Positions 19,488 to 29,357 of a DNA stretch of 59,754 nucleotides are shown one piece after another. The stretch is taken from the NCBI GenBank assembly GCA_903897335.1, contig CAIUAY010000034.1, positions 1 through 59,754 on the forward strand, in the 5' to 3' direction. Source of the stretch: an uncultured Chromatium sp. Lineage in GTDB: Bacteria > Pseudomonadota > Gammaproteobacteria > Chromatiales > Chromatiaceae. The first letter of the stretch is position 1. Each line of letters opens with the position of its first letter. The notes under the pieces are model-generated. The model was given only the letters and a program-made list of their open reading frames with translations, was not told the DNA's origin and did not search any database. Both the position numbers and the translations under genes were made by a program.

Positions 19488-20674
19488 TGCACGGCCTCCG
19501 CGTTCCGATTGCTGGCGTGAGCGGCGGCAACCACTTTGTCAGCCGCCTCGCTCAGACTGCTGGCCGTGGTGACGGTGAGCTGACTGTCTGCCAGCATCTG
19601 CAACCCCTGGGGTGCGTTGGTGCCTTCGAGCCGCACGACGATGGGGATGGTGATATCGACCTCGCGCACCGCCTGAATGATGCCAGCAGCGATTAGATCA
19701 CAGCGCACGATGCCGCCAAAGATGTTAATCAGCACCGCTGTCACCTTGGGATCGGAGAGGATCAGCTTGAACGCCTCGGCTACCCGCTCGGCGGTCGCGC
19801 TGCCGCCGACATCGAGAAAATTGGCAGGCATTCCGCCATGCAGCTTCACCAGATCCATGGTCGCCATCGCCAGTCCGGCGCCATTGACCATGCAGCCGAT
19901 ATTGCCATCGAGACTGATGTAATTGAGTTCATTCATCCTCGCCTCCGCTTCACGGGCATCCTCTTGGCTTGGGTCACGCAGCGCCGCCAGATCGGGATGC
20001 CTGTCGAGTGCGTTATCGTCCAGGCTGATCTTGGCATCGAGCGCGATCAGGTTGCCGTCGTGTGTGACCACCAGCGGGTTGATTTCCACCAGACTGGCAT
20101 CGCAGTCGCTGACGAGCCGGTAGAGTCCATTCATCAGGCTGCCCAGTGTCTTGATCTGGGCGCTGTCCAGACCCAGCCCGAATCCCAGACGACGCGCCTG
20201 CCAGGGTTGCAGACCGGCTGCCGGGTTTATCCGGGTCACATGAATCTGTTCGGGCGCGGTCGCGGCGACGCTTTCGATCTCCATGCCCCCGGCAGCCGAT
20301 GCCATGAACAGAAGCTGTTCGGATGCGCGATCAACCAGCAGGCTCAGATAGAGTTCGCGGGCAATGGCGGTTGGTTGCTCGATTAGAAGCTGCCCGACGG
20401 GCAGTCCATCCGACCCGCTTTGATGCGTCACGAGACGGCTGCCAAGCAGACGGCGCGCCTCCTGCACGACCTGTGCGGGCGACTCGGTCAGGATGACGCC
20501 GCCGGCTTTGCCGCGTCCGCCGGTCTGAACCTGTGCCTTGACCACCCAGCCCGTGCCGCCGAGCGTGGAACAGGCCGCCAGCGCCGCGTCCGGCGTGGTG
20601 GCAACCACGCCTTGCGGAACTGGAATCCGGTAGCGTTCAAAGAGTTGTTTGGCCTGGAATTCATGTAAGTCCAT
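19484..20674 (-). CDS. sucC: Succinyl-CoA synthetase beta subunit
   Basis: [29 protein letters not shown] and [10 protein letters not shown] motifs. Confidence 0.97.
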   Translation of the reverse strand: MDLHEFQAKQLFERYRIPVPQGVVATTPDAALAACSTLGGTGWVVKAQVQTGGRGKAGGVILTESPAQVVQEARRLLGSRLVTHQSGSDGLPVGQLLIEQPTAIARELYLSLLVDRASEQLLFMASAAGGMEIESVAATAPEQIHVTRINPAAGLQPWQARRLGFGLGLDSAQIKTLGSLMNGLYRLVSDCDASLVEINPLVVTHDGNLIALDAKISLDDNALDRHPDLAALRDPSQEDAREAEARMNELNYISLDGNIGCMVNGAGLAMATMDLVKLHGGMPANFLDVGGSATAERVAEAFKLILSDPKVTAVLINIFGGIVRCDLIAAGIIQAVREVDITIPIVVRLEGTNAPQGLQMLADSQLTVTTASSLSEAADKVVAAAHASNRNAEAVQ

Positions 20675-20767
20675 CGGATTGACCTGTTAATCTGTCTCGG
20701 TGTCTGCGCAGATGGTTAGAAGATGACCGCTACCGCAGGCCATGATGACTGCGCTACAGGAAGTGGT

Positions 20768-20992
20768 TCAACTGAGATCGGCATTGTGCCGCTTGACTTT
20801 GAGGATTTTGCTTGCGACGACTTTCTGTAAGATATTGAAGACTTTGCGCTGCCCAACCTGGTTGCTTGTGGTCATGTCGCCAATCAGTTCCAGACGCGCC
20901 TGGAAATACGCCATGTCCGCTTCGAGCCGGGCGAGCCGGGCACGCTGACGTTTAATCTCCCCGGCGTCGTCAATGAAAGGATGATTGGCCAC
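20768..20992 (-). CDS. Small helical hypothetical protein
   Basis: 74-aa ORF filling the sucC-sucA gap; protein-like composition (ARLEADMAYFQARLEL); GTG start. Confidence 0.6.
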   Translation of the reverse strand: MANHPFIDDAGEIKRQRARLARLEADMAYFQARLELIGDMTTSNQVGQRKVFNILQKVVASKILKVKRHNADLS

Positions 20993-21100
20993 AATGCTCG
21001 CTGTGAGTGCGCCAGCCCGGTCGGAACCGACGTGTTCAGGAATTTTAAGAATATGATATAAATTCCCATTCTAAAAACAAAATTACCCGTTTCATCGGAC

Positions 21101-23965
21101 ATGAGCGCAGTACTGGAATCATTTTGGAGTTCGGGTGCCCTGCACGGCGAAAACGCAGCGTTCATCGAAGATCTTTACGAGCGTTATCTCAGCGATCCTG
21201 AAAGCATCGACCTGGCATGGCGGGCACGTTTTGACGCCATGCAGCGACCCGCCGTCAACGCGGCCAGCGACATCCCGCACGGCTCGGTGCGCGAGAACTT
21301 CAAACGTTTGGCTCAGGAGAGCCGCTCACGGGCGATCACCCGTTCAACAGAGTATCTGGCACCCGCCGCTGCCGAGAAACAGTCCGCCGTGCTGGGTCTG
21401 ATCACCGGCTACCGTTACCGTGGTCATCAGGTCGCCAATCTGGATCCCATCCGGCTCCGTGCTCCGCCGGACATCGCCGATCTCGACCCGGCCTACCATC
21501 GTCTCGAACCACATGATCTCGATCTGGTTTTTCACACCGGGTCACTCTATGCCCCCGACCGGATGCCGCTGCGCGACATCATTGCCATGCTTGACCAAAC
21601 CTATTGTGGCGCGGTTGGCACGGAATACATGCATATCACCAACACCCAGGAGCGGCGCTGGATCCAGAAGCGACTTGAAGGCTATCGCGCCACGCCTGAA
21701 CTCGATGCCGCTGATCGCCGCTGGCTGTTGACGCTGCTAACCGCTGCCGAGGGTTTCGAGAAATATTTGCACCAGCGTTATGTCGGACAGAAACGCTTTT
21801 CGCTGGAAGGTGGCGATGCGCTGATTCCGCTGCTCGATGAGCTGATCCAGCGTGCTGGACGCAAAGGACTCCAGGAAATCGTGATTGGCATGGCGCATCG
21901 CGGTCGCCTCAATGTGCTGACCAACATCTTCGGCAAGCCGCCCGCTGACATCTTCGACGAATTCGAGGGCAGAACCCATCTCGACTGGCGTCAGATGGTT
22001 GGCGATGTCAAGTATCACCTTGGGTTTGCCACCGACATTGAAACGCCGGGCGGGATCGTCCATCTGGCGCTGGGCTTCAATCCCTCGCATCTGGAGATCA
22101 TCAATCCGGTTATCGAAGGCTCGGTGCGCGCCCGCCAGCGCCGCCGTCTGGATCGCACTGGCGATCAGGTGCTGCCGGTGCTGATCCACGGTGACGCGGC
22201 TTTTGCTGGTCAGGGCGTGGTGATGGAGACGCTGCAACTGTCGCAGACCCGCAGCTATGGTACTGGCGGCACCGTGCATATCGTCATTAACAACCAGATT
22301 GGCTTTACCACCAGTCATCCGCTCGACGCCCGTTCCAGCGCCTACTGCACCGATGTCGCCAAACTGGTTCAGGCGCCAGTGTTCCACGTCAACGGCGATG
22401 ATCCTGAGGCGGTGATCTTTGTCACCCGCCTGGCGCTCGATTTCCGCAACCAGTTCCACAAGGATGCCATCATCGATCTGCTCTGCTATCGCCGCCTTGG
22501 TCACAACGAGGCCGATGAACCGGCGGTCACCCAACCGATGATGTATCAGAAAATCCGCAGTCATCCAACTCCACGCGCCGTTTATGCCGAGCGGCTCGTC
22601 ACGGACGGACGGCTCTCCCAGGATACCGTTGACGCCATGGTCACCGATTACCGCGAGCTGATTGAACAGGGCGTGGTCGTTGCCCGTCCGGTATTCTGCA
22701 ATCTGGATCAGCCCCACCGCGTCGACTGGGGATTCTGCCACGCCCACTGGAACCAGACGCTCGACACCGGGGTTCCGCTAGCCAGGCTCCAGACACTCGT
22801 CGAGTCCATGCTGCGCCTGCCCGAAGGCTTCGCGCTTCATCCCCAGGTCGAAAAACTCTGGGCGGAACGGCACCGGATGGGGCAGGGCGAGCAACGCCTG
22901 AACTGGGGTTTTGCCGAGACCCTCGCCTACGCCACGCTGCTCGACGCCGGGATTCCAGTGCGATTGTCCGGTCAAGACGTGGGTCGTGGCACCTTTGTCC
23001 ACCGTCACGCCAAGATTCATGATCAGCTCACCGGCGAATCTTGGACTCCGCTCCAGCATCTGAGCGAGCATCAGGGCGCTTTCATCGCCATCGACTCCAT
23101 TCTTTCCGAAGAAGCGGTCTTAGGCTATGAATACGGCTTCGCCACCGCCGAACCCCAGGCACTCACGTTGTGGGAGGCGCAGTTTGGCGACTTTGCCAAC
23201 GGCGCTCAGGTGGTCATCGATCAATTCATCACCTCTGCCGGCACCAAATGGGGTCTGTGCTGCGGGCTGGTGATGCTGTTGCCGCATGGGCTCGAAGGTC
23301 AGGGCGCGGAACATTCCTCAGCGCGACTGGAGCGTTTCCTGCAACTCAGCGCAGAGCACAACATCCAAATCTGCGTCCCCACCACGCCCGCGCAGATGTT
23401 TCATCTGCTACGCCGCCAGATGCTGCGTGACTACCGCAAACCGCTGATCGTCATGACGCCCAAAAGTCTGCTGCGCCATCGTCTGGCAGTCTCCGCACTC
23501 GACGAACTCACTGGCGGATCATTCCAGACGGTCATCCCGGAGATCGAGCCCATTGATCCCGCCGGGGTCGAGCGCCTGATTTTTTGCTGCGGCAAAGTCT
23601 ATTTTGACCTGCTTGAAGCGCGTCGCGCCCGTGGCCTGACCACTGTCGCCATCGTCCGGCTCGAACAGCTTTACCCTTTCCCGAAAGAGGGGTTTAACGC
23701 CGTGGTCGAACGTTACCACGCGACCGAAGTGATCGTCTGGTGTCAGGAAGAGGCTCAGAATCAGGGTGCCTGGGATCAGATCAAGCACCGTTTCCACACC
23801 CTGATCCAGGCCGGAAAGCGCCCTTACTATGTTGGACGCCCTGCCTCTGCCGCGCCCGCCGTCGGGCATCGCCAGGCGCATCTCGAACAGCAGGAACGGC
23901 TGCTCGACGAGGCGCTGACTGGTCATTTCAATCCCAGCATGAACAAAAGGATACCCCTGCAATGA
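21101..23965 (+). CDS. sucA: 2-oxoglutarate dehydrogenase E1
   Basis: [21 protein letters not shown]...NNQ (TPP motif) and WEAQFGDF motifs. Confidence 0.97.
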   Translation: MSAVLESFWSSGALHGENAAFIEDLYERYLSDPESIDLAWRARFDAMQRPAVNAASDIPHGSVRENFKRLAQESRSRAITRSTEYLAPAAAEKQSAVLGLITGYRYRGHQVANLDPIRLRAPPDIADLDPAYHRLEPHDLDLVFHTGSLYAPDRMPLRDIIAMLDQTYCGAVGTEYMHITNTQERRWIQKRLEGYRATPELDAADRRWLLTLLTAAEGFEKYLHQRYVGQKRFSLEGGDALIPLLDELIQRAGRKGLQEIVIGMAHRGRLNVLTNIFGKPPADIFDEFEGRTHLDWRQMVGDVKYHLGFATDIETPGGIVHLALGFNPSHLEIINPVIEGSVRARQRRRLDRTGDQVLPVLIHGDAAFAGQGVVMETLQLSQTRSYGTGGTVHIVINNQIGFTTSHPLDARSSAYCTDVAKLVQAPVFHVNGDDPEAVIFVTRLALDFRNQFHKDAIIDLLCYRRLGHNEADEPAVTQPMMYQKIRSHPTPRAVYAERLVTDGRLSQDTVDAMVTDYRELIEQGVVVARPVFCNLDQPHRVDWGFCHAHWNQTLDTGVPLARLQTLVESMLRLPEGFALHPQVEKLWAERHRMGQGEQRLNWGFAETLAYATLLDAGIPVRLSGQDVGRGTFVHRHAKIHDQLTGESWTPLQHLSEHQGAFIAIDSILSEEAVLGYEYGFATAEPQALTLWEAQFGDFANGAQVVIDQFITSAGTKWGLCCGLVMLLPHGLEGQGAEHSSARLERFLQLSAEHNIQICVPTTPAQMFHLLRRQMLRDYRKPLIVMTPKSLLRHRLAVSALDELTGGSFQTVIPEIEPIDPAGVERLIFCCGKVYFDLLEARRARGLTTVAIVRLEQLYPFPKEGFNAVVERYHATEVIVWCQEEAQNQGAWDQIKHRFHTLIQAGKRPYYVGRPASAAPAVGHRQAHLEQQERLLDEALTGHFNPSMNKRIPLQ

Positions 23966-25176
23966 GTTGCGAAGTCCGCGTCCCCAATCTCCCTGAATCC
24001 GTCGCCGACGCCACTGTCGCCACCTGGCACAAACAGCCCGGTGATCCAGTTCGCGCCGGCGAGAATCTGCTCGATCTGGAAACCGACAAGGTGGTGCTGG
24101 AGGTGCCCGCGCCGCTCGATGGCGTCCTCGGCGCCCATCAGGCGCGGGAAGGCGACATCGTGCAAGCCGACACCGTGCTGGCACTAATCGAAGTCGGCGC
24201 GCCCAAGTCTGCCCGGCGTCCTGGCGTCGAACCTTCAGGCGCGCCGCTCGCTTCCATCCTCACCATGAATGCCCCGCTGATTGCTCCTGCCGCCCGGCGT
24301 CTGGTCAAGGAAATGAACCTCGATGCCCAACAGATCCCCGGCAGCGGCAAGGATGGTCGGATCCATAAATCCGACGTGGTCGCCTGGCTCGATGAGAGCG
24401 AAACACCCGCGCCGGAGCACGACCCGGATGCGCTGACGCTCGAACCACCCGCGCCAAGTCTCAGCAGCGAGGCTGGACGCCCCGAACAGCGCGTGCCCAT
24501 GACCCGTCTGCGCGCCCGCATCGCCGAGCGCCTGGTTCAGGCGCAACAGAACGCCGCGCTGCTGACCACGTTCAACGAAGTCAACCTCAAAGCCGTGATC
24601 GCACTGCGCGAAACCTACAAAGGTCTGTTCGAGACCCGTCATGGTGCCCGTCTGGGTTTCATGTCTTTTTTCGTCAAGGCTGCCGTCGAAGCGCTGCAAC
24701 GCTTCCCGGCGCTGAATGCCGCCATTGATGGCGAAGAGATCGTCTATCACGGCTATTTTGACATCGGCATCGCCGTCAGCTCGCCGCGTGGTCTGGTTGT
24801 CCCGATTCTGCGCAACTGCGACCAGCTCAGCATGGCCGACATCGAACAGGGCATCGCCAACTTCGGCCAGAAGGCCAAAGACGGCTCGCTGAGTTACGAA
24901 GAACTCAGCGGCGGGACTTTCTCCATCACTAACGGTGGCGTGTTTGGATCGCTGCTTTCCACGCCAATCCTCAATCCGCCACAAAGCGCGATTCTTGGAA
25001 TGCACAAGATCCAGGAACGCCCCATCGTCGAGAAGGGTCAGATCGTCATCGCCCCGATGATGTATCTAGCGCTGACTTATGACCACCGGCTCATCGACGG
25101 ACGCGACGCCGTGCAGTGTCTGGTTGCCATCAAGGACACGCTGGAAGATCCGGCGCGGTTGGTGTTGCAGGTCTAA
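23962..25176 (+). CDS. sucB: Dihydrolipoamide succinyltransferase E2
   Basis: Lipoyl ETDKV, E3-binding GSGKDGRI and catalytic DHRLIDG; ATGA overlap with sucA. Confidence 0.96.
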   Translation: MSCEVRVPNLPESVADATVATWHKQPGDPVRAGENLLDLETDKVVLEVPAPLDGVLGAHQAREGDIVQADTVLALIEVGAPKSARRPGVEPSGAPLASILTMNAPLIAPAARRLVKEMNLDAQQIPGSGKDGRIHKSDVVAWLDESETPAPEHDPDALTLEPPAPSLSSEAGRPEQRVPMTRLRARIAERLVQAQQNAALLTTFNEVNLKAVIALRETYKGLFETRHGARLGFMSFFVKAAVEALQRFPALNAAIDGEEIVYHGYFDIGIAVSSPRGLVVPILRNCDQLSMADIEQGIANFGQKAKDGSLSYEELSGGTFSITNGGVFGSLLSTPILNPPQSAILGMHKIQERPIVEKGQIVIAPMMYLALTYDHRLIDGRDAVQCLVAIKDTLEDPARLVLQV

Positions 25177-25222
25177 ATCAGCACGGCGTTCTTTTCACGA
25201 CGACAACTTGAGGGCGGCCGCA

Positions 25223-25888
25223 ATGACCGACAATCTGAATCTGGTACAAAAAAGGCGTATCCAACTTCAGGCCGCGATTGGCGAGCTGGGAGAACTGGTG
25301 ATCCAGGCGCTGCATCAGTCAGTTCGCTGTATCAAAGAGCATGATCTGACGCTGGCAGCGCGGATCATTGCCGCAGATGAGGAGGTCAATCAACAGCGGC
25401 GGGTTCTGGAGCAGCAGTGTCTGGTCACGCTCGCGGCTTATAAACCAGCCGGTGAAGATCTGCGCGCACTCGGTTCATGCATGGATCTGGTGTCAGAACT
25501 GGAACGGATCGGCGACTACGCGGCTGACGTGGCAAGCATCATGCTGAAGATCGGTGAGACGAGTCTGCCATCTGAGCCGGTTGCGGCTATCCTGGATGTT
25601 GCTGAAAGCGCCATCGTCATGCTTGCTGACGCGCTCGCGGCTTTCATCTCAAACAGCGATGAAGCCACGGCGCGAAACGCGGTTGCCCGCGAGGCGCAGG
25701 TCGATGACGACGAGGATGTCATCATCGAACAATTGCTTGGCAAAATGCGCGACGATGCAGACTTTACGCTCACGGGAACCTATCTGCTCTGGATCGTGCA
25801 TAATTACGAGCGCGTTGCCGACCGTGCCACGAACGTCGCCGCGCGCGCTGTCTACGTGGCCGTTGGCCACACGCCAAACCTGAATTGA
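25223..25888 (+). CDS. phoU: PhoU-family phosphate signalling protein
   Basis: Two PhoU repeats: ELERIGDYA and YERVADRATN. Confidence 0.88.
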   Translation: MTDNLNLVQKRRIQLQAAIGELGELVIQALHQSVRCIKEHDLTLAARIIAADEEVNQQRRVLEQQCLVTLAAYKPAGEDLRALGSCMDLVSELERIGDYAADVASIMLKIGETSLPSEPVAAILDVAESAIVMLADALAAFISNSDEATARNAVAREAQVDDDEDVIIEQLLGKMRDDADFTLTGTYLLWIVHNYERVADRATNVAARAVYVAVGHTPNLN

Positions 25889-26053
25889 ATCAACTATTTC
25901 CTGTTCTTTCAGGCCAGCGCCACGGCTCTGGACAGCACTTCTGAGCGCCAGACGTTAGCGCGAGTTTCAAACCCGCCAGGCACGGTTGGCGTACAGTCTG
26001 GCCGTTCCGTGGGAGCGGCAATATCTGGCGATCAGAACCAACAGCCATCAAAA

Positions 26054-27007
26054 ATGATTCAAGATCTTCACCCCATCACTGAACCCTTTGCGATCCATGC
26101 ACTCGATGTCGATCACGGGCACCGGCTCCATGTCGAGGAATGCGGTCGACCCGACGGCATCCCGGCGGTGTTTCTGCACGGCGGGCCGGGCGCAGGTTGC
26201 GAGGCCGCGCATCGCGGATTTTTCAATCCAGATCGCTACCGGGCAGTGCTGTTCGATCAGCGTGGTTGCAGTCGCTCCACGCCCCATGCCTCACTGACCG
26301 CCAATACGACTTGGGATCTGGTCGCCGACATCGAGCGCATCCGTGAATTCCTTGGCATCGAGCGCTGGCTGGTTTTCGGCGGTTCCTGGGGCTCGACGCT
26401 GGCGCTGGCCTATGCCGAAACCTATCCTGAACGGGTGATGGCGCTGGTGGTGCGCGGCATCTTCCTCTGTCAGGACGCTGAAATCCGCTGGTTCTATCAG
26501 GACGGCACCAACTGGCTTTTCCCCGATTTTTGGGAAGACTTTATCGCGCCCATCCCATCTGGCGAACGTCATGACCTGCTGGCCGCCTACCATCGCCGTC
26601 TCACCGCTGCCGATGAGTCAATCCGCATGACCGCCGCACGCGCCTGGTCGGTGTGGGAAGGCCGCACCGCGACGCTGCTCGACAATCCGGCCATCAGCGC
26701 ACATTTTGCCGAGCCACATCTCGCGCTCAGTCTGGCGCGGATCGAAAGTCACTACTTCGTCAACCGTGCCTTTCTTGAGCCTGGACAGTTGCTGCGCCAT
26801 GCCAACCGTCTGGCGAACATCCCCGGCGTCATCGTCCAGGGTCGCTATGATGTGATTTGCCCGCTGCGTTCGGCCTGGGCGCTGCATCGCGCCTGGCCGA
26901 CTGCTGAGTTTCAGGTGATCGCGGATGCCGGACATGCCGCCTTTGAACCGGGCATCCGCCGCGCACTGGTCGCCGCTACCGATCGCTTCGCGCAGGAACT
27001 GCGATGA
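26054..27007 (+). CDS. pip: Proline iminopeptidase
   Basis: HGGPG, DQRGC, GGSWG, GRYD and AGH motifs. Confidence 0.94.
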   Translation: MIQDLHPITEPFAIHALDVDHGHRLHVEECGRPDGIPAVFLHGGPGAGCEAAHRGFFNPDRYRAVLFDQRGCSRSTPHASLTANTTWDLVADIERIREFLGIERWLVFGGSWGSTLALAYAETYPERVMALVVRGIFLCQDAEIRWFYQDGTNWLFPDFWEDFIAPIPSGERHDLLAAYHRRLTAADESIRMTAARAWSVWEGRTATLLDNPAISAHFAEPHLALSLARIESHYFVNRAFLEPGQLLRHANRLANIPGVIVQGRYDVICPLRSAWALHRAWPTAEFQVIADAGHAAFEPGIRRALVAATDRFAQELR

Positions 27008-27441
27008 TCGGTCTGCTCCAGCGCGTCACGCACGCCGAGGTTAGCGTGGAGGGGGAATCCATTGGACGCATCGAACGCGGCCTGCTGGTGTTGATCGGAG
27101 TGCAGCCGGACGATACCGAGATCCGCGCCGAACGCATGCTAGAAAGACTCCTCAGTTATCGTGTCTTCCCCGATACGACAGACCGCATGAATCTGAGCCT
27201 GCGCGACATTGGCGGCGGACTGCTGCTGGTGCCACAATTCACCCTTGCCGCCGACACCCGCCAGGGCACCCGCGCCAGCTTCACCGCCGCCGCGCCACCG
27301 GCGCTCGGTGCCCGGCTCTTCGACCATCTGCTCAGTCAGGCACAAGCGCGGCAGCCGCTGGTCGCCAGCGGTCGCTTCGGCGCTGACATGCAGGTCGCGC
27401 TGGTCAATGATGGTCCTGTCACCTTCTGGCTGGAGACGTGA
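27004..27441 (+). CDS. dtd: D-aminoacyl-tRNA deacylase
   Basis: LLQRV, PQFTL and NDGPVTF motifs. Confidence 0.95.
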   Translation: MIGLLQRVTHAEVSVEGESIGRIERGLLVLIGVQPDDTEIRAERMLERLLSYRVFPDTTDRMNLSLRDIGGGLLLVPQFTLAADTRQGTRASFTAAAPPALGARLFDHLLSQAQARQPLVASGRFGADMQVALVNDGPVTFWLET

Positions 27442-27447
27442 ACTACC

Positions 27448-28722
27448 ATGCTCATCCACGCATCCACAGGCTCTGCCATGCGCTTGAAGATCCTGCTACT
27501 CATTGCGCTCGTCGTCAGCGGCAGCCTCCATGCTGAAGAGTCAGCGATTCCGTCCACCCAGAATGCTTGGGAGCGCACCCGCGAGACCGCGACCGACTGG
27601 TGGCAGCAGTCCCGCGATTATGCCGGGCAGGCGATGACGGATGCCCGGCGGCTGCTCTCCGATGACAAGGATTTCGGCCAGGTCTGGGATGCCGCCATCC
27701 CAAAATTGGATGGTGCGCTGACACTCGAAGGGCGTCAGTCTGAATTGCCTGAATCAGCCTGGTTTGGTGACGATCAGGCGTCCAATCGCGCTGAGATCGA
27801 CCAGCTTCTTGATCAGGCGGTTGACATCCTCGCCGTGTCGCCAACACAGCACCATCGTGATCGCATTCAGTCCCTGCAACAGCAGATCCTTCAGGCACGC
27901 AGCGAGATTGCAGATTACCGCCAGAAACGAGTTTCCGCGCCAAACACATCCACGATCAGCAAAACGGTGGGTGATTACGACCGCCTGATCAAAAGCCGCG
28001 AAGCTAGCATCGAGCGGATCAACGGCGAGGTCAGCCAACTCAAACAGGCATTTGCGCAGGAACTTCGCGCCAGTGGACTGGAATTAAGCGATGAACAGGT
28101 CGATTTCCTGCTGTCCACCGTGGTTGGCGACAATCTGGTCGATCTCGGCATCCTCTTCGACAACGTCAAATCCATCACGCTGCAACTCGAACAGCTCGTT
28201 TCCGACAGCGGCGAAGACCTCGGCAGCGCACGACGTTATTACGGACTCTATGTGGTGCTGCTGGAATCACTCAAGCGGATGCACACCCGGATCGAAGCGG
28301 CGATTGGTGAACGCTATCTGCCACAGATCGACAGCATCATCGCTCAGGCACAGTCACTCTCCACCGAAACGCGGCGTCTGCTGCATGTCTCGCCCGAGAA
28401 ACAGGCGCTCCTGACCGCCAATCTCGACGCCCAGCAGCTCACCATCCAGGCCGCCGGTGTCTATCGTCAGTATCTCGATGAACAGGCAAGACAGATCAGC
28501 GCGGCTCGCCAGGCACTCGACAAGGACATTGCCGCCGCCTGGAACACCTACGAAACGGTACGGGTGTCAGGAGAACTGGTGGGTCTGGTCAAATCCAGCC
28601 AACAGCTCCTCGATGGACTCATGAACCGTCAGATCCCTGCGCTACGTCCTTTCGAGAATCTGGAGATGCAGCGCGAGTTCCAGAAGCTGACAGAGCAATT
28701 GCGCAGACCGGCAGGACAGTAA
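27448..28722 (+). CDS. Exported alpha-helical/coiled-coil hypothetical protein
   Basis: Signal peptide (start may be 27478); Q/E/L/A-rich heptad-like sequence; fills the gap between dtd and the TPR gene. Confidence 0.8.
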   Translation: MLIHASTGSAMRLKILLLIALVVSGSLHAEESAIPSTQNAWERTRETATDWWQQSRDYAGQAMTDARRLLSDDKDFGQVWDAAIPKLDGALTLEGRQSELPESAWFGDDQASNRAEIDQLLDQAVDILAVSPTQHHRDRIQSLQQQILQARSEIADYRQKRVSAPNTSTISKTVGDYDRLIKSREASIERINGEVSQLKQAFAQELRASGLELSDEQVDFLLSTVVGDNLVDLGILFDNVKSITLQLEQLVSDSGEDLGSARRYYGLYVVLLESLKRMHTRIEAAIGERYLPQIDSIIAQAQSLSTETRRLLHVSPEKQALLTANLDAQQLTIQAAGVYRQYLDEQARQISAARQALDKDIAAAWNTYETVRVSGELVGLVKSSQQLLDGLMNRQIPALRPFENLEMQREFQKLTEQLRRPAGQ

Positions 28723-28760
28723 GGGTTTTGAATAAAGACGAGGCGTGAGAGCGACTGCAA

Positions 28761-29357
28761 TCAGTCGTGGTGTTCAGCCGTCTGAAGCTCCCGCAGTCTG
28801 CGGTTGAGCATGTCCGAATTTTTGTTGCGGGCAAGCCCCTGGTTGAGGATCTTGATGGCTTCGGCCTTGTCGCCTTTCTCAGCGTAATAATCGCTAAGAC
28901 GGGCATAGGCGGGGAGGTATTTCGGATTGGCTGCGATGGCTTTTTGTAGCCAGGGCACGGCATCGGCTGCCTTGTCGAGTTTAAAGAGGATGCGGGCTTT
29001 GGTGACATAAATTTCGGGCAGAAAGACGAATTTGGGGTCTTTGTTTTGGCGTAGGACGTAATCGATGTCGCCAATGGCGTTGTCAAGCCAGAATTTCCCG
29101 TCGCGTGGATTCGTGATCGCAACCCTGTTTTCGGTAGTGAGTGCCCAGCAGTAATGGTGCAGGTGACTGTAACCAAAACCATAGCGTTTGTAATATTCTC
29201 CAAGGGGTACAGGATCCCCACTCACCTCCCGTACCTGCTGAGTCCCCCAGCAATATTTCGGCAGCCGCAACAGCTCACTCATACTCTCAACTCGATCCGC
29301 CTGAGCCGTGGTGACGGCGAGCAGCATGGGCAGGATCATCAACCAGCGTCTGTTCAT
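28761..29357 (-). CDS. Secreted TPR-containing protein
   Basis: Signal peptide, LPKYC...HLHHYCWAL, C-terminal TPR-like repeats; strong SD (AAGGAGGTG); overlaps the hydrolase stop. Confidence 0.85.
   Translation of the reverse strand: MNRRWLMILPMLLAVTTAQADRVESMSELLRLPKYCWGTQQVREVSGDPVPLGEYYKRYGFGYSHLHHYCWALTTENRVAITNPRDGKFWLDNAIGDIDYVLRQNKDPKFVFLPEIYVTKARILFKLDKAADAVPWLQKAIAANPKYLPAYARLSDYYAEKGDKAEAIKILNQGLARNKNSDMLNRRLRELQTAEHHD

Noticed and set aside
23740-23961. N-terminal ORF-track extensions (sucB; similarly ftsH, rluD, pgeF, aat, phoU, hip, ACP)
   Set aside because: They overlap upstream genes or precede the conserved N-terminus; downstream starts with SD or ATGA coupling were used instead.
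21737-25005. Minus-strand ORFs of 336, 221 and 256 aa
   Set aside because: Antisense to sucA/sucB; no independent coding signal.
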